A DNA stretch of 64,000 bases from Acidobacteriota bacterium (GCA_947482665.1 CANKJK010000009.1:1603-65602); one strand, 5' to 3'; positions 28,081 through 36,454 are shown, counted from the stretch's first letter. Notes: generated by a model from the letters alone, not told the origin. Translations and numbers: made by a program.

Positions 28081-29313
28081 CTAGAAGGACCAGACCGTGA
28101 GACCGTCGTTGTCCTTCACGAAGATCCGGTTGCCGACGATCGCCGGCTGCCCGTAGGTGGCGCTGTCCGCCACGGTGTATGTCTCCACGATGTCGAACCC
28201 GCTGGCGCCGGGCTTGGCGACGAGCAACTCAGCGGAGTCCTTCAGCACGAGCAGGGCGCTCCCGATATCGGCGATGGAGGCGTTGTCCGCCTCGCGACCC
28301 TGGCTCTTCCACGCCACCTGACCGGTAGTGATATCCATCGACACGAACTGACCGGCGCTCTTGGACGACATGCCGATGAGCGTGGTGCCCCGCAGCACCG
28401 GGTTGCTCAGGTTGAGCTGCACGTCCGCGTTCTTCCATGCCTCGGTGGCCGTCCAGCCCTGTGGCCCCTTCGCCACGCGGTAGGCGGCGGTGCCCACCAT
28501 GTTCGCGGAGATGACGACCAGGTCCTGATAGACGACCGGCGTGACGATGTTGGTCCAGAACTGATTCTTAAAGGGCTGCTTCCAGAGGAGCGTGCCGTTG
28601 GCCGGGTCCAGCCCCACGAGGTATTCCTGCGTGAACGCGATGAGCTGGCGCAGGCCGCCGATCTGCGCGAACTGCGGGGAGGCGTAGCCGGGGCCATCGC
28701 CGGTCCACGACCACTTCACGGCGCCGGTAGCGGCATCAAAGGCCGTGAGTTCGCCCTTGTCATGACCACCGAGGTGCACAATCACGATCCCCTTGTCGGT
28801 GAGGGGTGACACGGCCGTGCCGTACTTCGGTTGCACGGGCGACGCCGCCTTCTGCCAGAGGAGCTTGCCGGACTTGGCGTCAAACGCGGAGAAGATGCCG
28901 CTGAGCCCCAGCGCGAAGATACGACCGTCCGCGTAGGCGGGCGTGGACTTGGGACCAAGGCCGTGCTTGCCGGTGCCATCGGGAAGTTTGAAGGGTGCCG
29001 CGTAGGCCGTGCGCCAGACCGTCTTCCCTGTCGACGCCTCGATGGCGGTCAGCACTTCCTCCTCGCCCTGACGGCCGAACGCGAAGACGCGCCCGCCAAC
29101 CACGAGCGGCGTGGAGTAGCCCAGGCCGACTTCCGACCGCCATTGCTTCGTCAGCTTGGGCGGCCACACTTTCGGCGCGGTCACGCCCGTCAGCACGCCG
29201 TTGCGCTGCGGCCCGCGCCACTCGGTCCAGTCGACGGGTTTCTGGGCGGAGAGCCCGGCAGACACCAGGAGCACTCCGGTGGTCAGAACGGCCGCAACGC
29301 GACGAATGGGCAT
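28081..29313 (-). CDS. exported PQQ-like beta-propeller repeat protein, paralogue 1
   Basis: ATG 29313 gives the signal peptide MPIRRVAAVLTTGVLLVSAGLSA (GTG 29337 is an alternative start). WTEWRGPQRNGV, then repeated propeller blades. Collinear with 33159-34418. Confidence 0.8.
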   Translation of the reverse strand: MPIRRVAAVLTTGVLLVSAGLSAQKPVDWTEWRGPQRNGVLTGVTAPKVWPPKLTKQWRSEVGLGYSTPLVVGGRVFAFGRQGEEEVLTAIEASTGKTVWRTAYAAPFKLPDGTGKHGLGPKSTPAYADGRIFALGLSGIFSAFDAKSGKLLWQKAASPVQPKYGTAVSPLTDKGIVIVHLGGHDKGELTAFDAATGAVKWSWTGDGPGYASPQFAQIGGLRQLIAFTQEYLVGLDPANGTLLWKQPFKNQFWTNIVTPVVYQDLVVISANMVGTAAYRVAKGPQGWTATEAWKNADVQLNLSNPVLRGTTLIGMSSKSAGQFVSMDITTGQVAWKSQGREADNASIADIGSALLVLKDSAELLVAKPGASGFDIVETYTVADSATYGQPAIVGNRIFVKDNDGLTVWSF

Positions 29314-29349
29314 GGTGAAGTTATAGCTGATTCCCACGCGCCGGCGAGG

Positions 29350-30456
29350 CTAGATCAGCGTGGCCAGCGCGGCCGGGTCGTAGGGCCGGAGCTGGTCCGT
29401 CTGCCCACCCCTGACCAGCCGCGGCCAGTCCGGGTTGGCGATGAGCGCCCGGCCCACGGCCACGAGGTCGAATTCTCCCGCCGCCAGCCGCTCCAGAAGC
29501 GGCTCCAACCCCGTCGTGCCGACAATGGCCGCGCGGTCCCTGGCCATCAGCTCGTCGCCCAGCGTGACCGAGCCCACCGTGATGACCGGCGCGCCGGTGA
29601 GCTTCTTGGCCCAGCCCGCCAGATTGAGGGTGCTGCCCTCGAACTCCGGCAGCCAGAAGCGGCGGGTCGAGGCGTGGAGGCAGTCCACCCCGGCGGCCAT
29701 CAGCGGCCCCAGGAAGGCCTCCAGTTCAGCCGGCGTGGCCCAGGCCTTCGCGGCATAGTCATGCAGCTTCCACTGGGAGAAGCGCAGGATGATCGGAAAG
29801 TCCGGCCCCACCCGCCGGCGCATCTCGCCCAGCACCTCCCGCGCCAGTTGCGTCCGTTGGGCCACGTCCCCGCCGTAGCGGTCCGTTCGCTGATTGGTGA
29901 CGGACCAGAAGAACTGGTCGAGCAGATACCCGTGCGCGGCGTGGATTTCGACACCATCGAAGCCGACGGCCTGAGCGTGGGCCGCTGCGGCCGCATAGGC
30001 GTCAATGACGGTGTCGATGTCGGCCTGCGTCATCGCGCGCCCCGGCGCGGCCGTCCCTTCGGCGCCGATGCCAGACGGTCCCAGCGGTGGGGCGGCCGGG
30101 TCCACCTGCTCGTGCGGCATCACCCACGCACCGACGTGCCAGAGCTGCGGCACAATGCGCCCGCCGGCCGCGTGCACCTCGTCCACCACGCGCCGCCACC
30201 CGGCCAGCGCCGCCTCGCCATACATGGCCGGCACCCGCGGTCCGAAGCCGGACTGCGGCACCGGCAGATAGACGCCCTCAGTGATGATGAGCCCCACGCC
30301 GCCTTCCGCGCGGCGCCGATAGTACGCCGCGACATCGGGTCCTGGCACGTGGTCTGGCGAGCCCGACCGCGTCATCGGGGCCATCACGATCCGGTTCGGC
30401 AGCTGCAGCGAGGAGAAGCGAAAGGGCGAAAACAGCGCGTCGGCTGGAGTGGACAT
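29350..30456 (-). CDS. NADH:flavin oxidoreductase (Old Yellow Enzyme family)
   Basis: ATG 30456 gives MSTPADALFSPFRFSSLQLPNRIVMAPMTR. Also GFDGVEIHAAHGYLLDQFF and TNQRTDRYGG. The ORF extension to 30588 overlaps the divergent gene. Confidence 0.85.
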   Translation of the reverse strand: MSTPADALFSPFRFSSLQLPNRIVMAPMTRSGSPDHVPGPDVAAYYRRRAEGGVGLIITEGVYLPVPQSGFGPRVPAMYGEAALAGWRRVVDEVHAAGGRIVPQLWHVGAWVMPHEQVDPAAPPLGPSGIGAEGTAAPGRAMTQADIDTVIDAYAAAAAHAQAVGFDGVEIHAAHGYLLDQFFWSVTNQRTDRYGGDVAQRTQLAREVLGEMRRRVGPDFPIILRFSQWKLHDYAAKAWATPAELEAFLGPLMAAGVDCLHASTRRFWLPEFEGSTLNLAGWAKKLTGAPVITVGSVTLGDELMARDRAAIVGTTGLEPLLERLAAGEFDLVAVGRALIANPDWPRLVRGGQTDQLRPYDPAALATLI

Positions 30457-30481
30457 GGGCCCGGCCAATATACTCGGAGCC

Positions 30482-31036
30482 ATGCGTACGACCCTGCTCC
30501 GCGGTCTCGCGGTGGCCGGCGCATCCGTCGCCGTCGCCGTCGCCCTCGCCACCCCACCCGCCGCGGCCCAGGTCCACGGCCTCGACATCCACTACGTCCC
30601 CACGCCCACCGAGGTGGTCAGCGCCATGCTCGACATGGCTGGCGTGAAGCCGTCCGACGTGGTCTACGACCTCGGCTCAGGAGATGGGCGTATCCCGATC
30701 GAAGCCGCACGGCAGCGTGGGGCCACCGGCGTGGGCATCGAGCTGGACCCAGCGCTCGTGAAACTCGCGAAGGCGGGCGCGACACAGGCCGGGGTGCAGC
30801 AGCGCGTCCGGTTCGCACGAGCCGACATCTTCAAGACCGACCTCTCAAAGGCGACCGTCGTGACGCTCTACCTCTCGCCCACCACCAATCTGCGGCTGCG
30901 CGACAAGCTCCGGCGCGAACTCGCGCCGGGCTCCCGCGTGGTGTCGCACCGCTTTGACATGGGCGACTGGACGCCGGACGAGGAGCGCGTGGTCAACGGC
31001 ATCCACGTCTTCCTATGGACGATCCAGCCGCGTTAG
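30482..31036 (+). CDS. class I SAM-dependent methyltransferase with an N-terminal signal peptide
   Basis: MRTTLLRGLAVAGASVAVAVALATPPAAAQ, then the SAM motif I VVYDLGSGDGRIPIEAA and a post-I acidic residue (GIELD). Confidence 0.7.
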   Translation: MRTTLLRGLAVAGASVAVAVALATPPAAAQVHGLDIHYVPTPTEVVSAMLDMAGVKPSDVVYDLGSGDGRIPIEAARQRGATGVGIELDPALVKLAKAGATQAGVQQRVRFARADIFKTDLSKATVVTLYLSPTTNLRLRDKLRRELAPGSRVVSHRFDMGDWTPDEERVVNGIHVFLWTIQPR

Positions 31037-32043
31037 CGCGCGATGACGGTGAACGGCGCAGACCCGATCACGAACCCGTCCGCGAGGATTTCGGCCCGAT
31101 AATCTCCGGCCGGCCAGCGCTTCCCAGGCGCCAGTTCGAGGCTGAACGCGCCGTGGTCGCTGTCGGGCTTCACACGTGCCTCGGCCGTGCCGACGACGAC
31201 AGGCTCGCGACCGCCCAGATAGAGCCAGCGCGAGAGGAGCGCGGTGCCGGTGGCGAAGCCCGATACACGAAACCATACGTAGATGGGGTTCACCTCAGGG
31301 GTGAACTGGTCGGTAATGCCGAGGGCCTGTCCCTGCCGGACCTCCAGGGCCGTCACGATGTTCGAGAGGCGTCCGATTCCCGCAGGTGCGCCCAGTCCGC
31401 CCTGACGCACCACGCCAGGCGAGGAACGTGCGGCCGGAGCATCCCGGTGTGCAGCACCCGCTGCACCGTCCCGCACGCGGACCTGAATGGCCTCGCCCGA
31501 TGCATCCGCGAGATTGCGGACACGCACCAGGGCCGCAGCTCCGCCGCGCAGCAGCGGACGCACGTCCCACTCATAGCGGGAGAGCTGCCCGGGACCGGGC
31601 TCCACGATGGAGCCGCCTCCAGCCGGCCGGTTGTCTGGCAGCAGGTCGGGGCCGGCAAAGAGCCTCCAGCGGTGACCGCCCGGTTCGAGATACGGGACGG
31701 TGCGGCCGCCCGCATCGCGCGCCAGCGACGGCGTGTTCAGCGGCGGCGAGATGACCGGCTGACCGTTGACCGACACCTCCAGGGCATAGCTGGAACCTGG
31801 CGGCTGCGCCCGGTTCAGCCGGGCGTCAATCTCCAGGTATCCCTGCGCCAACGTCAGCTCGCCTGACCACTGCTCCCCGCGGCGCAGGACGACGGAACCC
31901 TCCTGCGGAGCCGCCTTGCTCCGCAGGTCGAACCGTCTCACAGCTGGGCTGTCTGTCTGACCGGCGGCAGCCGCCACCGCGAGCGCGGTGACGATAACCG
32001 CGGCGATGGAACCCACACGCCGGTACTGAGGCCTGGTCGTCAC
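31033..32043 (-). CDS. exported hypothetical protein
   Basis: 336 aa with the anchor/signal sequence IAAVIVTALAVAAAAG. Its stop overlaps the methyltransferase stop (TTAG). No family recognised. Confidence 0.55.
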   Translation of the reverse strand: MTTRPQYRRVGSIAAVIVTALAVAAAAGQTDSPAVRRFDLRSKAAPQEGSVVLRRGEQWSGELTLAQGYLEIDARLNRAQPPGSSYALEVSVNGQPVISPPLNTPSLARDAGGRTVPYLEPGGHRWRLFAGPDLLPDNRPAGGGSIVEPGPGQLSRYEWDVRPLLRGGAAALVRVRNLADASGEAIQVRVRDGAAGAAHRDAPAARSSPGVVRQGGLGAPAGIGRLSNIVTALEVRQGQALGITDQFTPEVNPIYVWFRVSGFATGTALLSRWLYLGGREPVVVGTAEARVKPDSDHGAFSLELAPGKRWPAGDYRAEILADGFVIGSAPFTVIAR

Positions 32044-32104
32044 GCGTTCTCCCTGCGGTAATCGGCCTACGCGCCGCGCAGATGAGTGACGCAGGTGGCG
32101 CGTC

Positions 32105-32674
32105 CTACCGGTGGAACCGCCCGGCGAACACGGCCTTCCCGAGGATGTGACCGTTCATCGCGGCTTCCACGTCGGCGCGGGTTGCCTCGGCGCCGAGCGT
32201 GAGCTTGGTGTCGAGCGCATAGAGCATCCACGTGTAGTGATGGTGCGGACCGGGTGCCGGGGCGCCGGGACCGAGATAGCCGGGCTGGCCGCGGAAGTTC
32301 TTCGGCTGCACCGACCCGTCGGGCAGGTTCGCGTCAGCGGGGACGCCCTCCGCGAGGCTCGTCGCCGTACCCGGGATGTTGAACACCATGTAGTGCAGGA
32401 TGTCGTCGATCTTCTTCTGGAAGGCGACGTCCGGGTCATGGAACATCAGCACGAAACTCACGGTGCCCGCCGGCGCATTGGACCATTGCAGCGGCACCGA
32501 GACGGCCCCAGCGGGATTCGCCTGGGTGTGCTTCACGGGAATCTCGCCGCCATCCGGAAACGCCGGCGACGTCAACGTGAAGCCCTGCTTCGCGGGCGCG
32601 GTCTGCTGTGCCGTCGCCACGCTCCCCATCACCGCCACGGCCAGAAGGCCGGTCATCATCCGCATCAATCTCAT
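32105..32674 (-). CDS. exported YbhB/YbcL-family PEBP (Raf-kinase-inhibitor-like) protein
   Basis: ATG 32674 is preceded by GGAGGA. Signal peptide MRLMRMMTGLLAVAVMGSVATA. PEBP blocks FVLMFHDPD, GYLGPGAP and HHYTWMLYALD. The ORF extension to 33004 is not protein-like. Confidence 0.85.
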   Translation of the reverse strand: MRLMRMMTGLLAVAVMGSVATAQQTAPAKQGFTLTSPAFPDGGEIPVKHTQANPAGAVSVPLQWSNAPAGTVSFVLMFHDPDVAFQKKIDDILHYMVFNIPGTATSLAEGVPADANLPDGSVQPKNFRGQPGYLGPGAPAPGPHHHYTWMLYALDTKLTLGAEATRADVEAAMNGHILGKAVFAGRFHR

Positions 32675-33174
32675 TGCTGTCCTCCGTGAGGTTCCACCAC
32701 CGGTCCTGGTGACGCGGCACCCGACCATCGCTTCCCTGCCGCCAACCACCCGCCGAGCACGACGCACCCCAGCGCGAGCACGATGTTGCCCAGCGCACCC
32801 CAGGCCGCGCTCCTGAAGCGCGGGTCCGAAGCCGCGTTCCCGAACTGCTCCATCACCTGCGGAATTCCCGTGAGCGCCGCCACGCCGGCGAAGCTCAGGA
32901 CGCCCAGCCGCGCCCGTGCTCCGCTGACCCTGGCCGCCGCGGCCCCCGCCGACATCGCCACCAACGCGAAGAGAATCGCGGGCAGGGCCGAGCCGACGAC
33001 CCACTGCCCGAACCAGGCCCCTGATAGGACCTTCGTCGCGCTCGCCAGGATGATGGGCGCGGCCATGCGGCCCCCGAGCACGGCCATCAGGACGCCGATG
33101 AAGAGGGCGCGGAACACGACACCGCCCGTGCTCGGCTCGTGGGATTCAACGGGAGGTGTTACGGCAGGGTCCAT
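32671..33174 (-). CDS. hydrophobic membrane protein, family not recognised
   Basis: 167 aa with about four hydrophobic segments. The stop overlaps the PEBP start (ATGA), and the start overlaps the upstream propeller gene by 16 nt. Confidence 0.5.
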   Translation of the reverse strand: MDPAVTPPVESHEPSTGGVVFRALFIGVLMAVLGGRMAAPIILASATKVLSGAWFGQWVVGSALPAILFALVAMSAGAAAARVSGARARLGVLSFAGVAALTGIPQVMEQFGNAASDPRFRSAAWGALGNIVLALGCVVLGGWLAAGKRWSGAASPGPVVEPHGGQQ

Positions 33175-34418
33175 AGCGTCAGTCCGTTCTCGTCCTTGAT
33201 AAAGATGCGGCGCCCGTCAACCACGGGTTGTGCCCAGGTTGCGCTGTCGGCCACCTGATAGCGATGCGCCGGGGCATGCCCCTCGCGGCTGGGCGGCGTC
33301 ACCAGCAACTCTCCATCGTCCTTCAACTCGAGGAGGAACGCACGCGTGTTCACGATGGCGGCGTTGCCCGCATCGCGCCCTTTCGTCAGCCACAGCGTCT
33401 TCCCCGTCGTGGCGTCCAGCGCGAACCACTGACCGCTGTTCTTGTGCGAGAGGCCGTAGAGCACGCCGTCCTGCACGACGCCGTTGCTCATGTACATGGA
33501 CACGTCCTCATTGACCCAGAGCGTCTCGGTGTCCCACTGCCCGCCGCGGCGCACGGGCGCGAAGGCCGTCACGCCCATGGACTGGCCCGAGATGAGCACG
33601 GTGCGTCCCATCAGGATGGGTGTCTGAGAGCTCGTGGTGTTGGGCGGCAGGAACGGCCGCTTCCAGAGCAGCGTGCCTGTGGCCGCCTCCACGCCGACGA
33701 CAAACTGCTGCGAGACGCCGACCACCTGCGTGACGCCGTCGAACGTGGCGAGCAGCGGCGACCCGTAGGCCGGGCCGTCCTCACTCCACTGCCAGCGCAC
33801 CACGCCGGTCGCCACGTCGAAGGCCACGAGCGCCCCCTGGTTGTGCCCACCGGTATGGACGATGACCCGGCGGCTATCGACCAGCGGAGAGGTCGCCGTG
33901 CCGTAGAGCGGCAGCACGGCGGGCGGCGTGGTCTGCCAGAGGAGCCGTCCCGTTGCGGCGTCAAAGGCCGACACCATGCCGCCCATGCCCATGGTGAAGA
34001 GCCGGCCGTCGGCGTAGGTCGGCGTGGATTTGGGGCCCTCGCCGTGCTTGAAGGACCCCGACCGCTGATTGAGCGTCACCGGCGCGGTGTACGCCGTCCG
34101 CCAGATCGTCGCGCCGGTATCGGCTCTGAGCGCCAGCATGACCTCCTCGCCCTGCTGACGCGCGAAGACGAAGAGCCGGCCGCCAACCAGGAGCGGCGTG
34201 GCGTAGCCGATGCCCACCGGCACCGACCAGCGCTTCGTCAGCTGCTCGGGCCACACCGCCGGCGCGGCGAAGGACGTGACCAGACCGTCGCGCCTGGGCC
34301 CCCGCCACTGGGGCCAGGGAGCATCGTCCGCCGCACGCAGCCCAGGCCCCGCCATCACGATGACGAGGGCGAGTCCCACTGCCGAGCCCCAGCGCGAACG
34401 CATCACGCGCTTATACAC
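33159..34418 (-). CDS. exported PQQ-like beta-propeller repeat protein, paralogue 2
   Basis: Signal peptide, then WPQWRGPRRDGLV. Collinear with 28081-29313 (e.g. GYATPLLVGGRLFVF/GYSTPLVVGGRVFAF, GEGPKSTPTYADGRLF/GLGPKSTPAYADGRIF, WAQPVVDGRRIFIKD/YGQPAIVGNRIFVKD). Confidence 0.8.
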   Translation of the reverse strand: MYKRVMRSRWGSAVGLALVIVMAGPGLRAADDAPWPQWRGPRRDGLVTSFAAPAVWPEQLTKRWSVPVGIGYATPLLVGGRLFVFARQQGEEVMLALRADTGATIWRTAYTAPVTLNQRSGSFKHGEGPKSTPTYADGRLFTMGMGGMVSAFDAATGRLLWQTTPPAVLPLYGTATSPLVDSRRVIVHTGGHNQGALVAFDVATGVVRWQWSEDGPAYGSPLLATFDGVTQVVGVSQQFVVGVEAATGTLLWKRPFLPPNTTSSQTPILMGRTVLISGQSMGVTAFAPVRRGGQWDTETLWVNEDVSMYMSNGVVQDGVLYGLSHKNSGQWFALDATTGKTLWLTKGRDAGNAAIVNTRAFLLELKDDGELLVTPPSREGHAPAHRYQVADSATWAQPVVDGRRIFIKDENGLTLWTLP

Positions 34419-34471
34419 CGGACAGACACTTCTGTCCCAATGACGCGAGGTTCATCGCCTACAATCCGCCC

Positions 34472-35632
34472 ATGCCCACCAGCCGCCGCACCTTTGTCCG
34501 CCAGAGCCTGTCTGCCGCGAGCCTCGCCGCCCTGGGCCTGCCCGACTGGGCGCTCCCCGTGCTGGCGGCAGGTGAGGTGCTGGTGCCCTTCACCGACCTC
34601 CCCGCCACCATCAATCTGACGCCGGCACCGGACCGGCGCGTCTTCGACATCCGGACCATCGAGGGCCTGAACACCCCGGCCAGCCAGTTCTTCACGACAC
34701 AGCACTATGGCCACCCCGCGCTTGACGGAGCCGCGCACCGGCTGACCGTGACCGGTCTCGTGGACCGGACGCTCACGCTCTCGCTGGCGGAGTTGAAGCG
34801 CATGAAGCAGGTGGACCTCGTGGCCGGCTTCGAGTGCTCGGGTAACAGCCGTCCGCTGCAGGGCCTCTCCGGCAACGGCACGTGGACGGGCGTTCCGCTG
34901 CGCGAGGTGCTGCAGCATGCCGGCGTGAAGGCCGAGGCGCGCGAGTGCGTCTTCTTCGGCGCCGACCATGGCGAGGAAGAGGTGGACTTCCGAGGACGCA
35001 TCACCAAGGTGGACCAGCAGTTCGGCCGGAGTCTCCCGCGCGAGAAGGCGCTGGCGAAAGAGCCGCTCCTCGCGCACAGCCTGAACGGCCAGCCCCTCAC
35101 CCGCCACCAGGGCTTTCCGCTGCGGCTCATCGTGCCGGGCTGGTACGGCGTCGCCAATGTGAAGTGGCTCGCGCAGATTCACCTGCAGGAGGACGCCTAC
35201 CTCGGCAAGTTCCAGGCGCGCTGGTACCGGACACTTCGCGGCGAAACGATCAATGGCGAGGTGAAGTGGAAGGAAACCGCCGTCACGCATCAGCAGCTCA
35301 AATCGTTCATCGCCCGCGTGAGCGCATCGGCCGGTGCGCACACCGTGCTGGGCGTCGTGATCAACGACGGGACGCCGATCCAATCCGTAGAGGTCAAGGT
35401 GGACGACGGGCCCTGGCAGCCCACCATGTTGGACGCCTCCACGACGAAGCATCCCTACTCCTGGAAGGTCTTTACCTTCACCTGGAAGGGCGCAACACCC
35501 GGCGAGCACACGCTGGTCTCCCGCGTGACGGATGCCAAGGGCCGCGTGCAGCCGACGACCGACGAACTCGCCAACAAGAAGACCTTCCTCGAGGACAACG
35601 CGCAGTATCCGAGGAAGGTGAAGGTCGGATAG
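34472..35632 (+). CDS. Tat-exported molybdopterin oxidoreductase, sulfite-oxidase family (SorA/YedY-like with dimerisation domain)
   Basis: Twin-arginine signal MPTSRRTFVRQSLSAASLAALG. Mo-ligand Cys block VAGFECSGNSR. GFPLRLIVPGWYGVANVKWL. C-terminal Ig-like Moco-dimerisation region. Confidence 0.85.
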   Translation: MPTSRRTFVRQSLSAASLAALGLPDWALPVLAAGEVLVPFTDLPATINLTPAPDRRVFDIRTIEGLNTPASQFFTTQHYGHPALDGAAHRLTVTGLVDRTLTLSLAELKRMKQVDLVAGFECSGNSRPLQGLSGNGTWTGVPLREVLQHAGVKAEARECVFFGADHGEEEVDFRGRITKVDQQFGRSLPREKALAKEPLLAHSLNGQPLTRHQGFPLRLIVPGWYGVANVKWLAQIHLQEDAYLGKFQARWYRTLRGETINGEVKWKETAVTHQQLKSFIARVSASAGAHTVLGVVINDGTPIQSVEVKVDDGPWQPTMLDASTTKHPYSWKVFTFTWKGATPGEHTLVSRVTDAKGRVQPTTDELANKKTFLEDNAQYPRKVKVG

Positions 35633-35641
35633 GTCGGCGCG

Positions 35642-36454
35642 TTACCGGGCCGGGATCTTCGCGAGCCGTTCCTTGGTCTTGTAGGTCCAGTCCGTGTCCT
35701 CTGGTCCCCAGTCCTCGACCGGCGGCGCCTCGAGCACGCGCTGCAGGAAGCCGCGGGCCTCGGCGGGCCGATCATCTTCGATGAGTTCCGCGTAGTAGAT
35801 GAGGGCGAGCCGGTTGTAGCGATCGATCTCGAGCGCCTGCTTGTAGTACGCCTCGGCCTTGCTCTTGTTGCCGCCCAGCAGGCGAGGCACCTTGGCATAC
35901 CAGCGCCCGAGCGCCGCCTCGGCCGAGCCCTGCTGCCAGCCGGGCTGAATCGCGATGACGCGCTCCAGGACCTCCTTGATGCGCCCGCGGTACTTCAGCC
36001 CCTGGCTCATCCCGAAGGCCTCGCCCAGCGTGCCCATGCTGGCCGCCATCCAGAAGTAGCCTTCGGGCCGGTCCGGTCCCAGCTTGGCCGCAAGCTCACC
36101 CGCCTTGACACCACGCTCCAGGGACTCCCGCCGTTGAGCCTCGGTGCCGTGCGTGCCGAGCCAGTAGCAAGCCCTGGCCAGCTTCCACGCCGCCTCGAAG
36201 CTGGTTGCGGCGATCGCTTCCCAGATGTCGGCCGCGGCCTCCGCGTTGGTGCGGGTGGTCCGGCCCTTGTAGAGCTCGTCAGGATTTCCTGGTGTCAGGC
36301 TGCCGGGCTGGGATGCGGGGGGCGCCGCGGGTTGGGGTGTGGCCGGAGCGAGCTGACCCGACGGTGCCGAGGGCTCAGGTTGCTGGGCTCGAAGCCGATC
36401 GGGCGGCCAGGCACCACGGTTCAACACGGCGATGGCCAGCCCGGCCGCCGCCAT
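35642..36454 (-). CDS. exported helical-repeat (TPR-like) protein
   Basis: ATG 36454 (MAAAGLAIAVLN...). A GTG at 36514 would overlap the ankyrin gene by 23 nt. Helical-repeat content such as AEAYYKQALEIDRYNRLALIYYAELI. Lies immediately downstream of module copy 1. Confidence 0.55.
   Translation of the reverse strand: MAAAGLAIAVLNRGAWPPDRLRAQQPEPSAPSGQLAPATPQPAAPPASQPGSLTPGNPDELYKGRTTRTNAEAAADIWEAIAATSFEAAWKLARACYWLGTHGTEAQRRESLERGVKAGELAAKLGPDRPEGYFWMAASMGTLGEAFGMSQGLKYRGRIKEVLERVIAIQPGWQQGSAEAALGRWYAKVPRLLGGNKSKAEAYYKQALEIDRYNRLALIYYAELIEDDRPAEARGFLQRVLEAPPVEDWGPEDTDWTYKTKERLAKIPAR

Noticed and set aside
28831-30957. 708-aa plus-strand ORF across the propeller and OYE genes
   Set aside because: It is antisense to a clearly recognisable OYE flavoreductase and a PQQ-like propeller. 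The sequence is dominated by R, G, P, A and H runs. I treat it as a shadow ORF.
32675-33004. N-terminal extension of the PEBP ORF (to 299 aa)
   Set aside because: The extension is Gly/Arg-rich and overlaps the upstream membrane-protein gene. A strong GGAGGA-ATG with a canonical signal peptide begins at 32674.
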